Counted from the stretch's first letter, positions 1 to 10,503 are shown. The stretch is 64,000 nucleotides of DNA from an uncultured bacterium (GCA_963713925.1 OY970212.1:992001-1056000), one strand, 5' to 3'. Translations and numbers: made by a program. Notes: a model not told the origin generated them from the sequence alone.

Positions 1-750
1 TTTAACAGATTTTATCAAGAGCTTCCTTTTGGCCTTTATAAACGAAAAAACGGCGAAGCTGATGAACCTTTTGGCAATGTCCCGCCAATTACAAAAGCAG
101 CAAATCCTTTTGAACAAAAAGCAAAGGCTGTCATTCTCGTGCCTACCAGGGATACCTACACAAGCGCGGTAACGCAATTACGAGACGGTTCTCTTGTTGC
201 CGCCGGTCCCTATGAAAAAAATAAAGTAATGATAGGAAAATGGAATGCTGCCGGACAACCTGACACTACATTCGGAGATAATGCGAAAGTAATAGTAAAA
301 CTCCATGAAAAGAATGTTGTTGCCGGGTCTGAATTAAGCTCACCAAAATTAATTGTTGAAAAAGATAACGGAGATATCGTTGTCTTCGGGGCCCTGACTC
401 AGGGAAAAAACATCAACCCGTTTATCATCTTGCTTGCGCCCAATGGAATAGTAAAAGAAAAATATCTTTTAGATGAAAACTATGAAATGCAAAACCCGGA
501 CGAGCAAATGGGTGATATGCTCAGAGAACGAGAACTCAGAAATCAGCTCGAAGAACAGATGAATCCTGGGTCCCAAACACAACAAAGTGAAGTTTGGGTA
601 AATAAATATCCAACGGTTCAAGAAAAAGTACCAGGAATGATTTCAGAATCAGAACGACGTATGAACACATACCCTACTCGAACAGAAGAAACGCCGGGCA
701 TGATTTCAAGTAAGCAGGCTGAAGAACAAATGAATAAAATCAACCCATAA
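1..750 (+). CDS. 5'-truncated protein with delta-60-like beta-propeller repeats and a C-terminal 21-aa tandem repeat
   Basis: Frame is open from base 1; motifs DGSLVAAG, GQPDTTFG, NGDIVVFG; repeated N(K/T)YPTxxExxPGMIS. Confidence 0.6.
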   Translation, partial: FNRFYQELPFGLYKRKNGEADEPFGNVPPITKAANPFEQKAKAVILVPTRDTYTSAVTQLRDGSLVAAGPYEKNKVMIGKWNAAGQPDTTFGDNAKVIVKLHEKNVVAGSELSSPKLIVEKDNGDIVVFGALTQGKNINPFIILLAPNGIVKEKYLLDENYEMQNPDEQMGDMLRERELRNQLEEQMNPGSQTQQSEVWVNKYPTVQEKVPGMISESERRMNTYPTRTEETPGMISSKQAEEQMNKINP

Positions 751-761
751 GGGAGAATATT

Positions 762-1196
762 ATGAAACGTATAATCGCAATACTTGCTATAGCAAGTGTC
801 CATGCTTCGTTATTTCCCGGATATTACTTCCGAGACACAAATGATGCCGCTAATACTGCTTTGTCAATTTTAAAACGCAACGCGTCTTATCTTGATAAAC
901 CGTCAGCCTTTTTTGACACCATGAATGAAGAAAAAATGAATGAGATGAATTCAGATCTCAGATTTGATTTGACACATTTCCTGTCCGAGTTGTCCGCTAT
1001 TCCAGTGGAAGGGATGAGTGGCCTTGCTTATATTGATCTCAAAACATCAAATTTAGCACCTCAGTCTCTCGAAAATTTACAGAGAATGATATCTAAAATA
1101 GTCGAAGGTTGGCTTCTCAACTTGAGTGGAATTCCGAAATTGAAACCAAGAGTTGAGTTCTATAAAAAGAACAACTTCAAAGCACCATATTTATAA
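762..1196 (+). CDS. Hypothetical secreted protein
   Basis: GGAG SD; signal-peptide-like MKRIIAILAIASVHA. Confidence 0.75.
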   Translation: MKRIIAILAIASVHASLFPGYYFRDTNDAANTALSILKRNASYLDKPSAFFDTMNEEKMNEMNSDLRFDLTHFLSELSAIPVEGMSGLAYIDLKTSNLAPQSLENLQRMISKIVEGWLLNLSGIPKLKPRVEFYKKNNFKAPYL

Positions 1197-1206
1197 TTTT
1201 TATGCA

Positions 1207-1239
1207 AAAAAAGAGCCTCGAAAAAATCGAGGCTCTTTT
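1207..1239. terminator. Bidirectional intrinsic terminator
   Basis: AAGAGCCTCGA-aaaaa-TCGAGGCTCTT with A/T tails between convergent genes. Confidence 0.8.
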
Positions 1240-1256
1240 CATTTCTTGAGGTAAGG

Positions 1257-1670
1257 TTACCAGTTGCTTCCGCCTGAACGGTTGCCACCGAATCCACCAC
1301 GGTCGCTGCTGCCACCACGGGATCCACCGAATCCGCCACGGGATCCAGATCCACCGAATCCGCCACGGTCACCACCGTTGCTGCTACCAAAGCGACGAGG
1401 ACCAGCTGGACGACGATCGCCACGGTTTTCTTGTGGACGAGCTTCGTTAACGGTAATACGGTTTCCGTTTACATCTTTGCCATTCAATTGAGCGATAGCT
1501 TCTTGTGCTTGCTCAGCCATAGGCATTTCAACGAAACAGAATCCACGGAATTCACCGGTGAATTTATCTTTAATCAATTTGATTGAGTCTACTTGACCGT
1601 ATTGTTCAAACAATCCACGGACATCATTTTCTGTTGTGTTAAGACCTAGTCTACCAACGTAAATATTCAT
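1257..1670 (-). CDS. RRM RNA-binding protein with Gly/Arg-rich tail
   Basis: RNP2 IYVGRL, RNP1 RGFCFVEM, repeated RGGFGG tail. Confidence 0.95.
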   Translation of the reverse strand: MNIYVGRLGLNTTENDVRGLFEQYGQVDSIKLIKDKFTGEFRGFCFVEMPMAEQAQEAIAQLNGKDVNGNRITVNEARPQENRGDRRPAGPRRFGSSNGGDRGGFGGSGSRGGFGGSRGGSSDRGGFGGNRSGGSNW

Positions 1671-1777
1671 TAAAAATCACTTATTATAAGGATTAAACAG
1701 ATTGAAAACATTCTCTTTTATATTATAAATTTATTTCTATACCAGGCCTTTCTCATAAACTTTAAGACTATGAACCA

Positions 1778-1806
1778 ATTATACCAAATGGTTTCCCCCC
1801 CGTCAA
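1778..1806 (-). promoter_or_regulatory. Sigma70 promoter of the RRM gene
   Basis: Minus strand TTGACG-17 bp-TATAAT with extended TG; predicts a ~100-nt 5' UTR. Confidence 0.7.
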
Positions 1807-1930
1807 ACACAGCGCATCAAATTGCCCCTCGCCCCTCTCAAAGACGCCATTCCTTCACAGGAGGCGCTCTTCTGGGAAAGCCCTGCCCCCACCTTGATCA
1901 TAATTTCAAATGTGATATGATTGAATCGTA

Positions 1931-2123
1931 AGGCTTATGCGAAAATTAAGCTTTCTGAACAAAATATACCGTAATCTCGCTCCACTTCAATTGGGGACCC
2001 CGAATTGGGGCCGGTTGTCATGCTGAACTTGTTTCAGCATCCAGATCTGGGTTAAGTGGATCCTGAAATGAATTCAGGATGACAAAGCAATAAGAAGACT
2101 TTCGGTAATTTTTGGATCCCCCT
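1931..2123 (+). mobile_element. MITE copy 1 (degenerate ends, nested hairpin)
   Basis: Shares GTCATGCTGAACTTGTTTCAGCATC and GATCCTGAAATxAATTCAGGATGAC with three other copies. Confidence 0.7.
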
Positions 2124-2143
2124 TAACCTCAAGGAATGGAGAT

Positions 2144-2997
2144 ATGAAAAAAGTTTATTGTTTACTGCTCTATCTGTTCTATTGACTATAACACCAGTCT
2201 CGCAAATGCATGCGTCTGCCGAATTGGCAAAACCTGCCGAATGGGCAAAACAAATGTACCAGTCTTGCTTTACGCTTCCCAGAGGCTCCATGACCCTGAG
2301 AGAAGTTTTCTTATACCATCAACACGAAAAACTTTTACAATCAGAGACTTTGCTCAAAAAAAAGCGACGAACTGCTGAAACAAGAGCGGCTTATGCGCTC
2401 TACGTCGGTATCCCTGTAGGTGTAGGCATCTGGTATAACCTGTATAAACCACATCAACATCCACAATATGGGTTTGCTGGAATATATCAAAAAAACGACT
2501 TGAATTGCATTGCCATTAATACCGCATTCCAAGCGAGCTCATTGTTTGCAAACGTATTGAACCAAGATTTTTATCCTCATAATAAAAAAACGCTCATTGG
2601 AACAAATAATTTTCCTATTCTTACTGAAGCTAATATCTACTCATCTCTTGCCGCTGCTTGTTTTGTGGGAGGATTCTCCAAAGCATCCGGCAACCATCCG
2701 TGGAATGTTTCCATTCACATGGCATGTAAAGCAGGTGCAGCATCCCTCATCGGCAATAAAATAACCGATACCGCAAAATTTCTTAACAAACGATTTAATC
2801 TGCTTGAGGAAGATTCAGCATGGCATAACATTGCTGAAGGCATTGGAAGCATTGCCGCCCATTATTATGCCGCAAAACTTGTTAATAAAATATCGCCATA
2901 TGCGGGCAATCCTTTCCCGTGCGATGCTAATGGTAATCCATTGGATCAGCAACGAGCGAATGAACTAATAATGAAAAAAATTATCAACGTAGGTTGA
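2144..2997 (+). CDS. Hypothetical secreted/membrane protein with apparent 1-nt frameshift in an A run after the ATG
   Basis: ATG at 2144 with SD is out of frame; one more A in A6 (2147-2152) gives MKKSLLFTALSVLL joined to ORF 2158..2997. Confidence 0.6.
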
Positions 2998-3084
2998 TCT
3001 AATTTTTATTAACGCCTCTTTTAATCCATGCTACGATACAAAAGTTAACAAATAAGAAAAACCACCACTTTTGAGCATGTACGT

Positions 3085-4437
3085 ATGAGTAGCATCCTTT
3101 TTTCCCTTATTCTTGTTCTTATTACCGCTGTATACCTGGGCATCAGCATTGTTATGTCCGGCAGAATCAAAAGCGGTTCTGACTATTTCTTGGCTGGCAA
3201 AAATCTCGGCTTTTTTGGCTTGACCGGCACACTCATTGCCACCCAGCTGGGAGGCGGCATGCTTTTGGGCACCGCACAAGAGGCATATCAGCATGGCCTT
3301 TGGGGAATTTTATACACAGTCGGCATCAGTCTTGGCTTTTTGATGTTGGCCTCAGGGGTGGCAAGCAAGCTGCAATCGCTTAATGTTAGAACCACTGCCG
3401 AACTTTTCACCACGCGCTATAAATCTCCTGCATTGACCATGATTGCATCAGCTCTTTCAATTGCCACGCTCTGCGGCCTTTTAATCGCTCAAATTGTCGC
3501 ATCGAAGGCAGTGCTTGCAAGCATCGGATTTGGCAATCCAATCATCTTTGCCCTTCTGTGGCTTTTAATAATTGCCTACACGATGATTGGTGGACTTTCG
3601 GCAGTCGTTGTCATGGATTCGATTCAGGTCGTGATGGTCATTGTCGTATTCTTGGGACTCTTTTTGTATAGTCTATTTTCAAATCCAACTTCGCTGAGCA
3701 CTTTCTTTACTCTTTCAAGCTCAACGCCGGCAACATATAATATCACCGGCATCATCTTAATGCCGGCTCTTTTTGCACTCATTGAACAAGATTTGGCTCA
3801 GAAATTTTTTTCAGCGAAAAATAGCAAAGTTGCCAGCTGCGCGGCTGCCGCGGCAAGCATGTGTCTTCTGTTGTTTGCATGTATTCCCGTTTACTTCGGT
3901 ATGTATGCAAAGCAAATATCGCTTGCATTGACTCCCGCCTCAAGCCCTTTGTTGCCTATGGTACAATTTTTAACCAATGATGCTGTTGTCGCGCTCGCAT
4001 TGTATGCTATTTTGGCAGCCATCATTTCAACGGCAGACTCATTGCTGTCAGCCGTCAGCTCAAATATTGCTCAAGACTTTGGTTCGCTCTGGAATTGGAT
4101 GGGTGATTCCCTGCGCCGAGGACAAATCATTACCTGCCTAACTGGCATCGGGGCGTTTATCATTGCTCGATACATGCCAGCAAATATTATTCACATCTTG
4201 ATTGGTAGTTACGAACTTTCAGTGGTCTGCTTACTCGTTCCGTTATTGATGTGTTACTACCGCACGAACACTCCGCGCGCCAGCGCGTATGGAGCCATTG
4301 TAGGAGGCTTGTTTGGATTTATTGTTTTTAGGTTCGTTCCGATCTTTATTCCACGTGAAATTGCTGCACTTGCATGTTCCGCGATTGGCTATTTTATACC
4401 CCAACTCCGCTTACGCTCCGATCGGGGGCCCCGTTAA
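3085..4437 (+). CDS. Sodium:solute symporter family protein
   Basis: DYFLAGK, ATQLGGG, YTMIGGLSAV, AAIISTADS motifs; many TM segments. Confidence 0.92.
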   Translation: MSSILFSLILVLITAVYLGISIVMSGRIKSGSDYFLAGKNLGFFGLTGTLIATQLGGGMLLGTAQEAYQHGLWGILYTVGISLGFLMLASGVASKLQSLNVRTTAELFTTRYKSPALTMIASALSIATLCGLLIAQIVASKAVLASIGFGNPIIFALLWLLIIAYTMIGGLSAVVVMDSIQVVMVIVVFLGLFLYSLFSNPTSLSTFFTLSSSTPATYNITGIILMPALFALIEQDLAQKFFSAKNSKVASCAAAAASMCLLLFACIPVYFGMYAKQISLALTPASSPLLPMVQFLTNDAVVALALYAILAAIISTADSLLSAVSSNIAQDFGSLWNWMGDSLRRGQIITCLTGIGAFIIARYMPANIIHILIGSYELSVVCLLVPLLMCYYRTNTPRASAYGAIVGGLFGFIVFRFVPIFIPREIAALACSAIGYFIPQLRLRSDRGPR

Positions 4438-4454
4438 GATCGGAAACAAATTTA

Positions 4455-4597
4455 GAGCTTATACGAAACTTAAGCTTTCTAAATAAAAGGTCGGTTGTCA
4501 TGCTGAACTTGTTTCAGCATCTAGGTTAAGTGGATCCTGAAATAAATTCTGCCCTGACAAAGCAATAAAGAACTTCTGGAAATTTTCGGACAAGCTC
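4455..4597 (+). mobile_element. MITE copy 2, 143 bp, TTA target duplication
   Basis: TTA-GAGCTTATACGAAA...TTTTCGGACAAGCTC-TTA. Confidence 0.8.
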
Positions 4598-5272
4598 TTA
4601 CTCGTTTAATTCATCCATCACCGCATCGAGAGAATCAACTATCGTAAAATAGTTTCGATGTTTTTTTGCAATATATTCTCGCTGTTCGGCCATTTCAAAC
4701 CATTCAACAATTGGCGCCCAATAGGCTGTGCCAATGAGAATGGTTCGGCACCTTTTTTTCATGCCATGCTTGCATCTATTAAGCAGATCAAATAATTCAT
4801 CCATGGTGCCAATGCCGCCCGGCAAGACTATAAAAGTTTGTGACAAACTTATAAGCAATTCTTTGCGCACTAAAAAAGTATCAACTTTCATCATGTGCCC
4901 ATATGGATTATGAAAATGTTCATCAATTCCTTTTACCGCTATCCCCAATGATCTATTTTCTTTGCCCAAATGAAGTGCTGCCTCATAAGCGCCTTGATTA
5001 ACAGCTACCATAAATCCAGGGCCACCGCCCGTAATAACGCCATACCCTTTTTGCACCAGCAATCGCCCGAGTGCGTGTGCTTGGCTAATCAAAACATCAC
5101 TTTCATGCACCAATGAAGATCCAAAGACGGTAACTCGTTGCACAGGCATTTTTCGAACATACCATTGCACTTTTACTATGCAATAAGCTGAGTATAGGTA
5201 TCTAAAAAAAGTTGATAGAACTTCACTAAACTTCATCATGCACCTTTCTTCTTGCCCATATGAATTTCGCAA
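4598..5272 (-). CDS. LOG family protein (TIGR00730-like); start probably at M12/M13
   Basis: TGGGPG and PGGIGTMDE motifs. Confidence 0.88.
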   Translation of the reverse strand: MRNSYGQEERCMMKFSEVLSTFFRYLYSAYCIVKVQWYVRKMPVQRVTVFGSSLVHESDVLISQAHALGRLLVQKGYGVITGGGPGFMVAVNQGAYEAALHLGKENRSLGIAVKGIDEHFHNPYGHMMKVDTFLVRKELLISLSQTFIVLPGGIGTMDELFDLLNRCKHGMKKRCRTILIGTAYWAPIVEWFEMAEQREYIAKKHRNYFTIVDSLDAVMDELNE

Positions 5273-5940
5273 ACCCCTAAGACAATACTTTTGACATATT
5301 CTAAATCATCGGTAACAGAAAGCATGTCGAGCTGATTCTGGGTTATTAAACCTCCGCGTAAGGCATCACTATTAATCCAATCGAAAAAGCCTTTCCAATA
5401 GGTAGACCCAAATAAAATAACAGGCATTTGTGGAATTTCTTTTGTGTACATCAACGTTAGTACTTCCGTCAATTCATCTAATGTGCCAAATCCACCGGGG
5501 AAAACTACAAAAGCCGTTGAATAATGTATGAGCAACCATTTACGGGCAAAAAGATAATCGAGCAAAAAATATTGTTTTACACACTTATTTCTTTCTTCTT
5601 TGAGAACTTTCACACCGACGCCAATCACAACTGCCTTTGAATGAGGATTTGGTAAAATACATGTTGCAGCTTCCATAACCCCGGGGCCTCCGCCAGTAAG
5701 CACAGAGATATCATGTGCGATAAAATACTGAGACAATGCTCTAATATGCTCTGCAAGGTGCATATCTCCCCTTCTCAGATTAGCCCCGCCAAAGATACTG
5801 ACGATTGGTCTGTTTACTTTATTTAAGTATCGAATACCTGAGAGCGTTTGATAAAAAACGTGCATAAATTCATATGCTTGAACAACCAATACTTTCACTC
5901 TTTCAAAATAATTCATGATGAATCTCCTAATTATACCCAA
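5236..5940 (-). CDS. LOG family protein (TIGR00730-like)
   Basis: TGGGPGVMEA, RKWLL and PGGFGTLDE motifs. Confidence 0.9.
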   Translation of the reverse strand: MGIIRRFIMNYFERVKVLVVQAYEFMHVFYQTLSGIRYLNKVNRPIVSIFGGANLRRGDMHLAEHIRALSQYFIAHDISVLTGGGPGVMEAATCILPNPHSKAVVIGVGVKVLKEERNKCVKQYFLLDYLFARKWLLIHYSTAFVVFPGGFGTLDELTEVLTLMYTKEIPQMPVILFGSTYWKGFFDWINSDALRGGLITQNQLDMLSVTDDLEYVKSIVLGVCEIHMGKKKGA

Positions 5941-5967
5941 TCATCGTTATCACTTGATTGGGACCCG

Positions 5968-6414
5968 TTATTTTTTATCCGGTTGTATTAATTCAAGCAT
6001 CCATATGATCTGTTGTTCCGCTTTCGAACCGACCAATTGTTCGTCTTTAAGCGCTTTGAGCTTTTGAATAAATGATTCATCCGAAACATGCACCGCGAAT
6101 TTACAATAATATCCAAATTCTTTACCATGTCGTTGGACTACCGTATGAAGCAACATTTCTTGCGCCGCCTGTTTGAATTCTTTGTCAAAAAAAGCACGTT
6201 TGTTGACGAGCAATCTAAGTAATTCTTCTTTGATATAACCTGATCCATGATAATTCATATTCGCTTCAAGCCACCATATCGTTTTCATAAGAATTTCTTT
6301 ATCAACATTCGATTCATCAACTTTTTTCAAACGAGTGATGACATAATCATCTGCATATGAAGCAATCCAATTACCACCTTCAATAACGAATTTAATAAAT
6401 TTTTTCTTTTTTAT
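5968..6414 (-). CDS. Hypothetical protein, possible ATA start
   Basis: Frame is open from the ftsI stop; ATA at 6414 lies 8 nt after AAGGA. Confidence 0.55.
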   Translation of the reverse strand: MKKKKFIKFVIEGGNWIASYADDYVITRLKKVDESNVDKEILMKTIWWLEANMNYHGSGYIKEELLRLLVNKRAFFDKEFKQAAQEMLLHTVVQRHGKEFGYYCKFAVHVSDESFIQKLKALKDEQLVGSKAEQQIIWMLELIQPDKK

Positions 6415-6429
6415 GTCTTTTTTCCTTTT

Positions 6430-8097
6430 TCATGCAATAACCTTGTCATGAATAATCATTTTTTGTGCAATCCGCTCAAAAAGTGGTGCTGCAACGGTTG
6501 AAGCGTAAAGAGCGCGCGTATGTTCCATTTCATCTCGTGCATACGCTTCTTTGACAAAAACAACGATTACTCTCTGATAATCACCCTTTTGAACAATGCC
6601 TGCGCACGTGAAAATATTTGCGCGAGTATCATATACACCGTTTTTTAACAAATTCGCCGTTCCTGTTTTGCTCATTATTTTGTAGCCATCAATGCGCGCT
6701 CGACGCGTTGTTCCCGTTGTCGTGGTAAGTTCCAAAATGTTTTTAATTTCTTGAATAATGCCGGGATCATATAATTGATCAAAAGCATCATTATCAATTT
6801 TTTTTACCATGTGCAGGTGAACATCTTTGCCATCACGCGCAATGATAGCAAATGCACGTGCTAACTGGGTAAGTGTAGCAGTTACTTCATATCCATATGA
6901 CAGTGAAATAATCGATTGCTTTGACCATTTGAGTGGTTGATTTACAAACCCTGCGTGCTCTCCCATAAGTGAAACACCCGTCAAAGAGCCGAACCCCAGA
7001 CGCTTGTAATGATCGTACAGTTTTTTACCCACGCGCTTTGCCACAATTGCAATGCCGATATTATTTGATACGGCAATCACTTCGCGGAACGGAATTACGC
7101 CACGCACCGATCCTGGCACGGTGTTAATAGGTCTTCCATCAACAATGGTTGACTCAACACCCCGACAATTAATCAACTCATCTGGACTGACTACGCCTTC
7201 TTGCAATGCCGCCAACGCCGTGAAAACTTTAAAAACGGATCCCAGCTCATATGCATCCGATATGGGGCGCATTTTTGTATTTTCAATTTCGAGATCATGC
7301 GCATTATTCGGATCAAACGCGGGTACAGACGCAAGCGCTAAAACATCGCCGGATGCCGGATCGACAATAAGTGCCGATACTTCTTTTGCACTCAGTGATT
7401 CATAGGTCGCTTGCAATTCCTCAGCAACCAAAAATTGCAAATCCGCATCGATCGTCAGTTGAATATCCGTTCCGACAAGCCCTTCCTGTTTGGTCTCATG
7501 TTGAAAATAGTAGCGCCCTGATCTCGCATCTTTTTGCAGAACAACGACCTGTGGCTTTCCCGACAACAGCGCATCATATTGTTTTTCAATTCCTAACAGC
7601 CCCTGATTGTCGATGTCTGTCATGCCGACAAGTGCTCCTGCACAGCAATAGGGATAGAATCTACCCGGTTCATTCAACAAGTGTATATCACTAAGGCCCG
7701 ATTGCTGAATCAATTGAACTTCTGCGTCACTCAACTTACGCTTGATGTAAAAAAATTTCATATTTTTATCAGCACGTGCCAATCGAGCATGTGCGAGTGG
7801 AAAATGTTCGGCGAGAAATGAATCAAGCTTCTCTCTCTGACAAATCCGATGGGGAAGAACAAATGCAGAAACGGTTTCCTTATTCATTGCTAAGGGCACG
7901 TCTGATCGATCGTATATTCGCGCACGAAACGGTTTGAGAGTGACGGTTGTTTGATATTGAGCCTGAGCTTGTGCAGCATACCATGCATGGTTTACCACTT
8001 GAAGACAAAAGGCGCGCACAAGAATCACACAATAGATGAATCCAGTAACCAAAAAGAGAACAGCTACTCTTTTTTTATACTGCCGGTTCAGAATCAT
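6430..8097 (-). CDS. ftsI: Class B penicillin-binding protein (FtsI/PBP3)
   Basis: N-terminal TM, RARIYDR, RFYP, SxxK (SVFK), SNN, KTG; follows an ftsL-like gene. Confidence 0.9.
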   Translation of the reverse strand: MILNRQYKKRVAVLFLVTGFIYCVILVRAFCLQVVNHAWYAAQAQAQYQTTVTLKPFRARIYDRSDVPLAMNKETVSAFVLPHRICQREKLDSFLAEHFPLAHARLARADKNMKFFYIKRKLSDAEVQLIQQSGLSDIHLLNEPGRFYPYCCAGALVGMTDIDNQGLLGIEKQYDALLSGKPQVVVLQKDARSGRYYFQHETKQEGLVGTDIQLTIDADLQFLVAEELQATYESLSAKEVSALIVDPASGDVLALASVPAFDPNNAHDLEIENTKMRPISDAYELGSVFKVFTALAALQEGVVSPDELINCRGVESTIVDGRPINTVPGSVRGVIPFREVIAVSNNIGIAIVAKRVGKKLYDHYKRLGFGSLTGVSLMGEHAGFVNQPLKWSKQSIISLSYGYEVTATLTQLARAFAIIARDGKDVHLHMVKKIDNDAFDQLYDPGIIQEIKNILELTTTTGTTRRARIDGYKIMSKTGTANLLKNGVYDTRANIFTCAGIVQKGDYQRVIVVFVKEAYARDEMEHTRALYASTVAAPLFERIAQKMIIHDKVIA

Positions 8098-8474
8098 GCC
8101 TGAATCTCACATGGCGTAATAACACAGTATGGTTTTAAAGCACATTCAGAAATGTTGGATCTATGAGCAACTTTCGAATGAAGTGTAGGTATATGTGTCG
8201 ACTCGCGTGATATTTTTTTCACTTGAGATAAACGAATCGGCTTCATTTCAAGCTGCTTTTGAGCAAATTCTTTTATTGCTTTTCGATCGGCGTGAGCGTA
8301 AGCCTCATTCACAAGCTGTTGCTTTGCTGCCATAAGATCATTTCGAAACGATTCTTGGCGTTGATGCTCAAACAGCAACTGAGTGCGTTTGGTGTGCTTG
8401 TAAATGTGCAAACCAACTACCGCTACATGAAAGCTCACAAAAATAATGAAAAAGGATGCTCGCTTCATTTGCAA
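8094..8474 (-). CDS. ftsL: FtsL-like cell division protein
   Basis: TM plus coiled coil, A..QLEM motif, ATGA overlap with ftsI. Confidence 0.6.
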   Translation of the reverse strand: MQMKRASFFIIFVSFHVAVVGLHIYKHTKRTQLLFEHQRQESFRNDLMAAKQQLVNEAYAHADRKAIKEFAQKQLEMKPIRLSQVKKISRESTHIPTLHSKVAHRSNISECALKPYCVITPCEIQA

Positions 8475-8580
8475 CTCCAGAGGAAAAAACAGTTAAGACC
8501 CTCAAAACATAACAGTTTTGAGGGTCCCATGTGAATACTTTTTCTGGAATTATCCCGAGCGTGCGCCTATTGCTTTATGT

Positions 8581-10017
8581 CTATGCTATCACTGCCTTTA
8601 ATCTTGTCAGCGATACATCATGTCCAAGCATATTCACCAAAACTGCCAATGCCGGCCCCTTTTCTTGTCCCGAAAGCGCCATCCTGACAAAGGTAAACAT
8701 ATTTTTGAGCGGGATTTGTTCCGCTTTGCATCGTTCTTTTAATCGATCGACAAAGGTTTCGGGAGTTTTCAGAAGTGATATATTTTTCTGAATGATATCT
8801 TGAATCTTTGATATATCAGTCGCCGGAATATGCTCTTGGAGCTGTTTGGTTGTAATCGCAGGATGTTTGAAATAAAATTCCAGTGAAGAAAGAGAATCTT
8901 GCAATGTAATCAGATCAGTCTTAATGTATCCGATTAAACGCTCCAACTCGCGCTCGTCAATTTTTGTGCCAAAAGTCGATTCTACGATTGGTTTGATTTG
9001 AGTTGCAAGTTCTGCATCAGGAGCTTTCTCAATCCATTTATGATTAAACCATCGCAACTTTTCAACATCATATTTAATGGCGCCCGTCGATTTCATGTCA
9101 TCAAACGGATATGCCTGAGCGAGCTCATCAAGATTCATAATTTCTTTTTCAAAGCTTCCGCCACCGATTGTTGCCAAATAGTTACAAATCGCTTCCGACA
9201 AGAAACCTGCATTTTTTAAATCGAGCAATGAAAATCCGAAATCACGCTTGGAAAGCTTTTGTCCTTGCAAATTACAAATGATTGGCAAATGCCAAAAAAG
9301 AGGAATGGTGATCTTAAATGCTTGATATAATGCAGCCTGGCAGGCAGTATTAGTCAAATGGTCTTCGCCTCTGATGACGTGACTAATTTCCATGATCATA
9401 TCGTCAACGAAGTTGGCAAACAAGAAGGTGAAGCTGCCATCAGCACGAGTGAGCGCGAAATCTGAGAAGTTAATCCAGTCGAAAGTAATTGGTCCTCGAG
9501 CCATGTCTGTGATGGTGATTGTCCCTTCAGAAGGCACCTTGAATCGCCAGAAATGAGAAACGCCGTCTTTAAGTTTCTTGGCAATTTCTTCTTCACTCAA
9601 TCGAAAACAGACGCGATCATAGCGCGGCGGCTGCTTAAGCGCCAATTGCCGTTGACGACGCTTTTCCAACTCTTCCGGAGTACAAAAGCAACGATAGGCT
9701 AATCCTTTATGCTTGAGAATCTCAAAATGCTCTTGATAAAGGTGAGTTCGTTGTGATTGGAAATACGGCTCAAAGGTTCCACCTTTGATTGGCCCTTCCT
9801 GATAATCAAGCCCAAGCCAAAGCAAATCTTGAATAATTTGCGTTGCTCCGGGGTCAAAATTTCTCTGTGCATCAGTATCTTCGATACGAATGATGAAGGT
9901 TCCTTTTTTTCGTTTGGCAAAGAGAAAATTGAGCAATGCGGCACGCACATTTCCAAGATGCATCATCCCCGTCGGGGAAGGTGCAAAGCGAACGCGAATC
10001 GGCTGAGAATTGACCAT
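8581..10017 (-). CDS. gltX: Glutamate--tRNA ligase
   Basis: RVRFAPSPTG, HLGN, RIEDTD, RGEDH, KLSKR. Confidence 0.97.
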   Translation of the reverse strand: MVNSQPIRVRFAPSPTGMMHLGNVRAALLNFLFAKRKKGTFIIRIEDTDAQRNFDPGATQIIQDLLWLGLDYQEGPIKGGTFEPYFQSQRTHLYQEHFEILKHKGLAYRCFCTPEELEKRRQRQLALKQPPRYDRVCFRLSEEEIAKKLKDGVSHFWRFKVPSEGTITITDMARGPITFDWINFSDFALTRADGSFTFLFANFVDDMIMEISHVIRGEDHLTNTACQAALYQAFKITIPLFWHLPIICNLQGQKLSKRDFGFSLLDLKNAGFLSEAICNYLATIGGGSFEKEIMNLDELAQAYPFDDMKSTGAIKYDVEKLRWFNHKWIEKAPDAELATQIKPIVESTFGTKIDERELERLIGYIKTDLITLQDSLSSLEFYFKHPAITTKQLQEHIPATDISKIQDIIQKNISLLKTPETFVDRLKERCKAEQIPLKNMFTFVRMALSGQEKGPALAVLVNMLGHDVSLTRLKAVIA

Positions 10018-10221
10018 ATAAATCCTAAAAAATCACGGTAATGACGGGTATATATGCCAAGTGTATATCAACTTTACCTGAGTGACAATTCGGCCCTGCA
10101 TTTCATGCGTATAAACTCATCTTGAGGTATGGATACCGCAGTAGTTACTCAAATTTCTTTTGACAGTATGACGATACTTTTGCTATTTTTGTCCGCAAAG
10201 AAGCACAAAAAAGGAAGTAGT

Positions 10222-10503
10222 ATGAAAAAATGTATCCGACTCACCTTCGGCGCACACGTGCCTGAAGGTTTCCTCTCAACCGTTATTCTAGCCCAGGCGC
10301 GCTCGCATGAACTGGAAGGTAGTGCTCAACACGTGGTTGCTGAATCAATCATACGCGTCATCGCATGCGGAGACAAAGATAACATAGATGATTTTCTTGA
10401 TAGCGTCTTGAAAGAGCTCGCAAAAAAGAAAATCGATGATTATGAAATTGAGCCTTTTGTAAAAGATAGGGAATACAGGGGAGTTTTTAGGATAATAGAA
10501 TAG
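10222..10503 (+). CDS. Acylphosphatase-like protein (degenerate active site)
   Basis: SD AAGGA before ATG 10222; size and pattern of AcyP fold, but VQGVGFR replaced by VPEGFL. Confidence 0.6.
   Translation: MKKCIRLTFGAHVPEGFLSTVILAQARSHELEGSAQHVVAESIIRVIACGDKDNIDDFLDSVLKELAKKKIDDYEIEPFVKDREYRGVFRIIE

Noticed and set aside
1260..1400. Repeated CCACCGAATCC units suggesting a CRISPR or tandem array
   Set aside because: They encode the RGGFGG tail of the RRM protein and have no unique spacers
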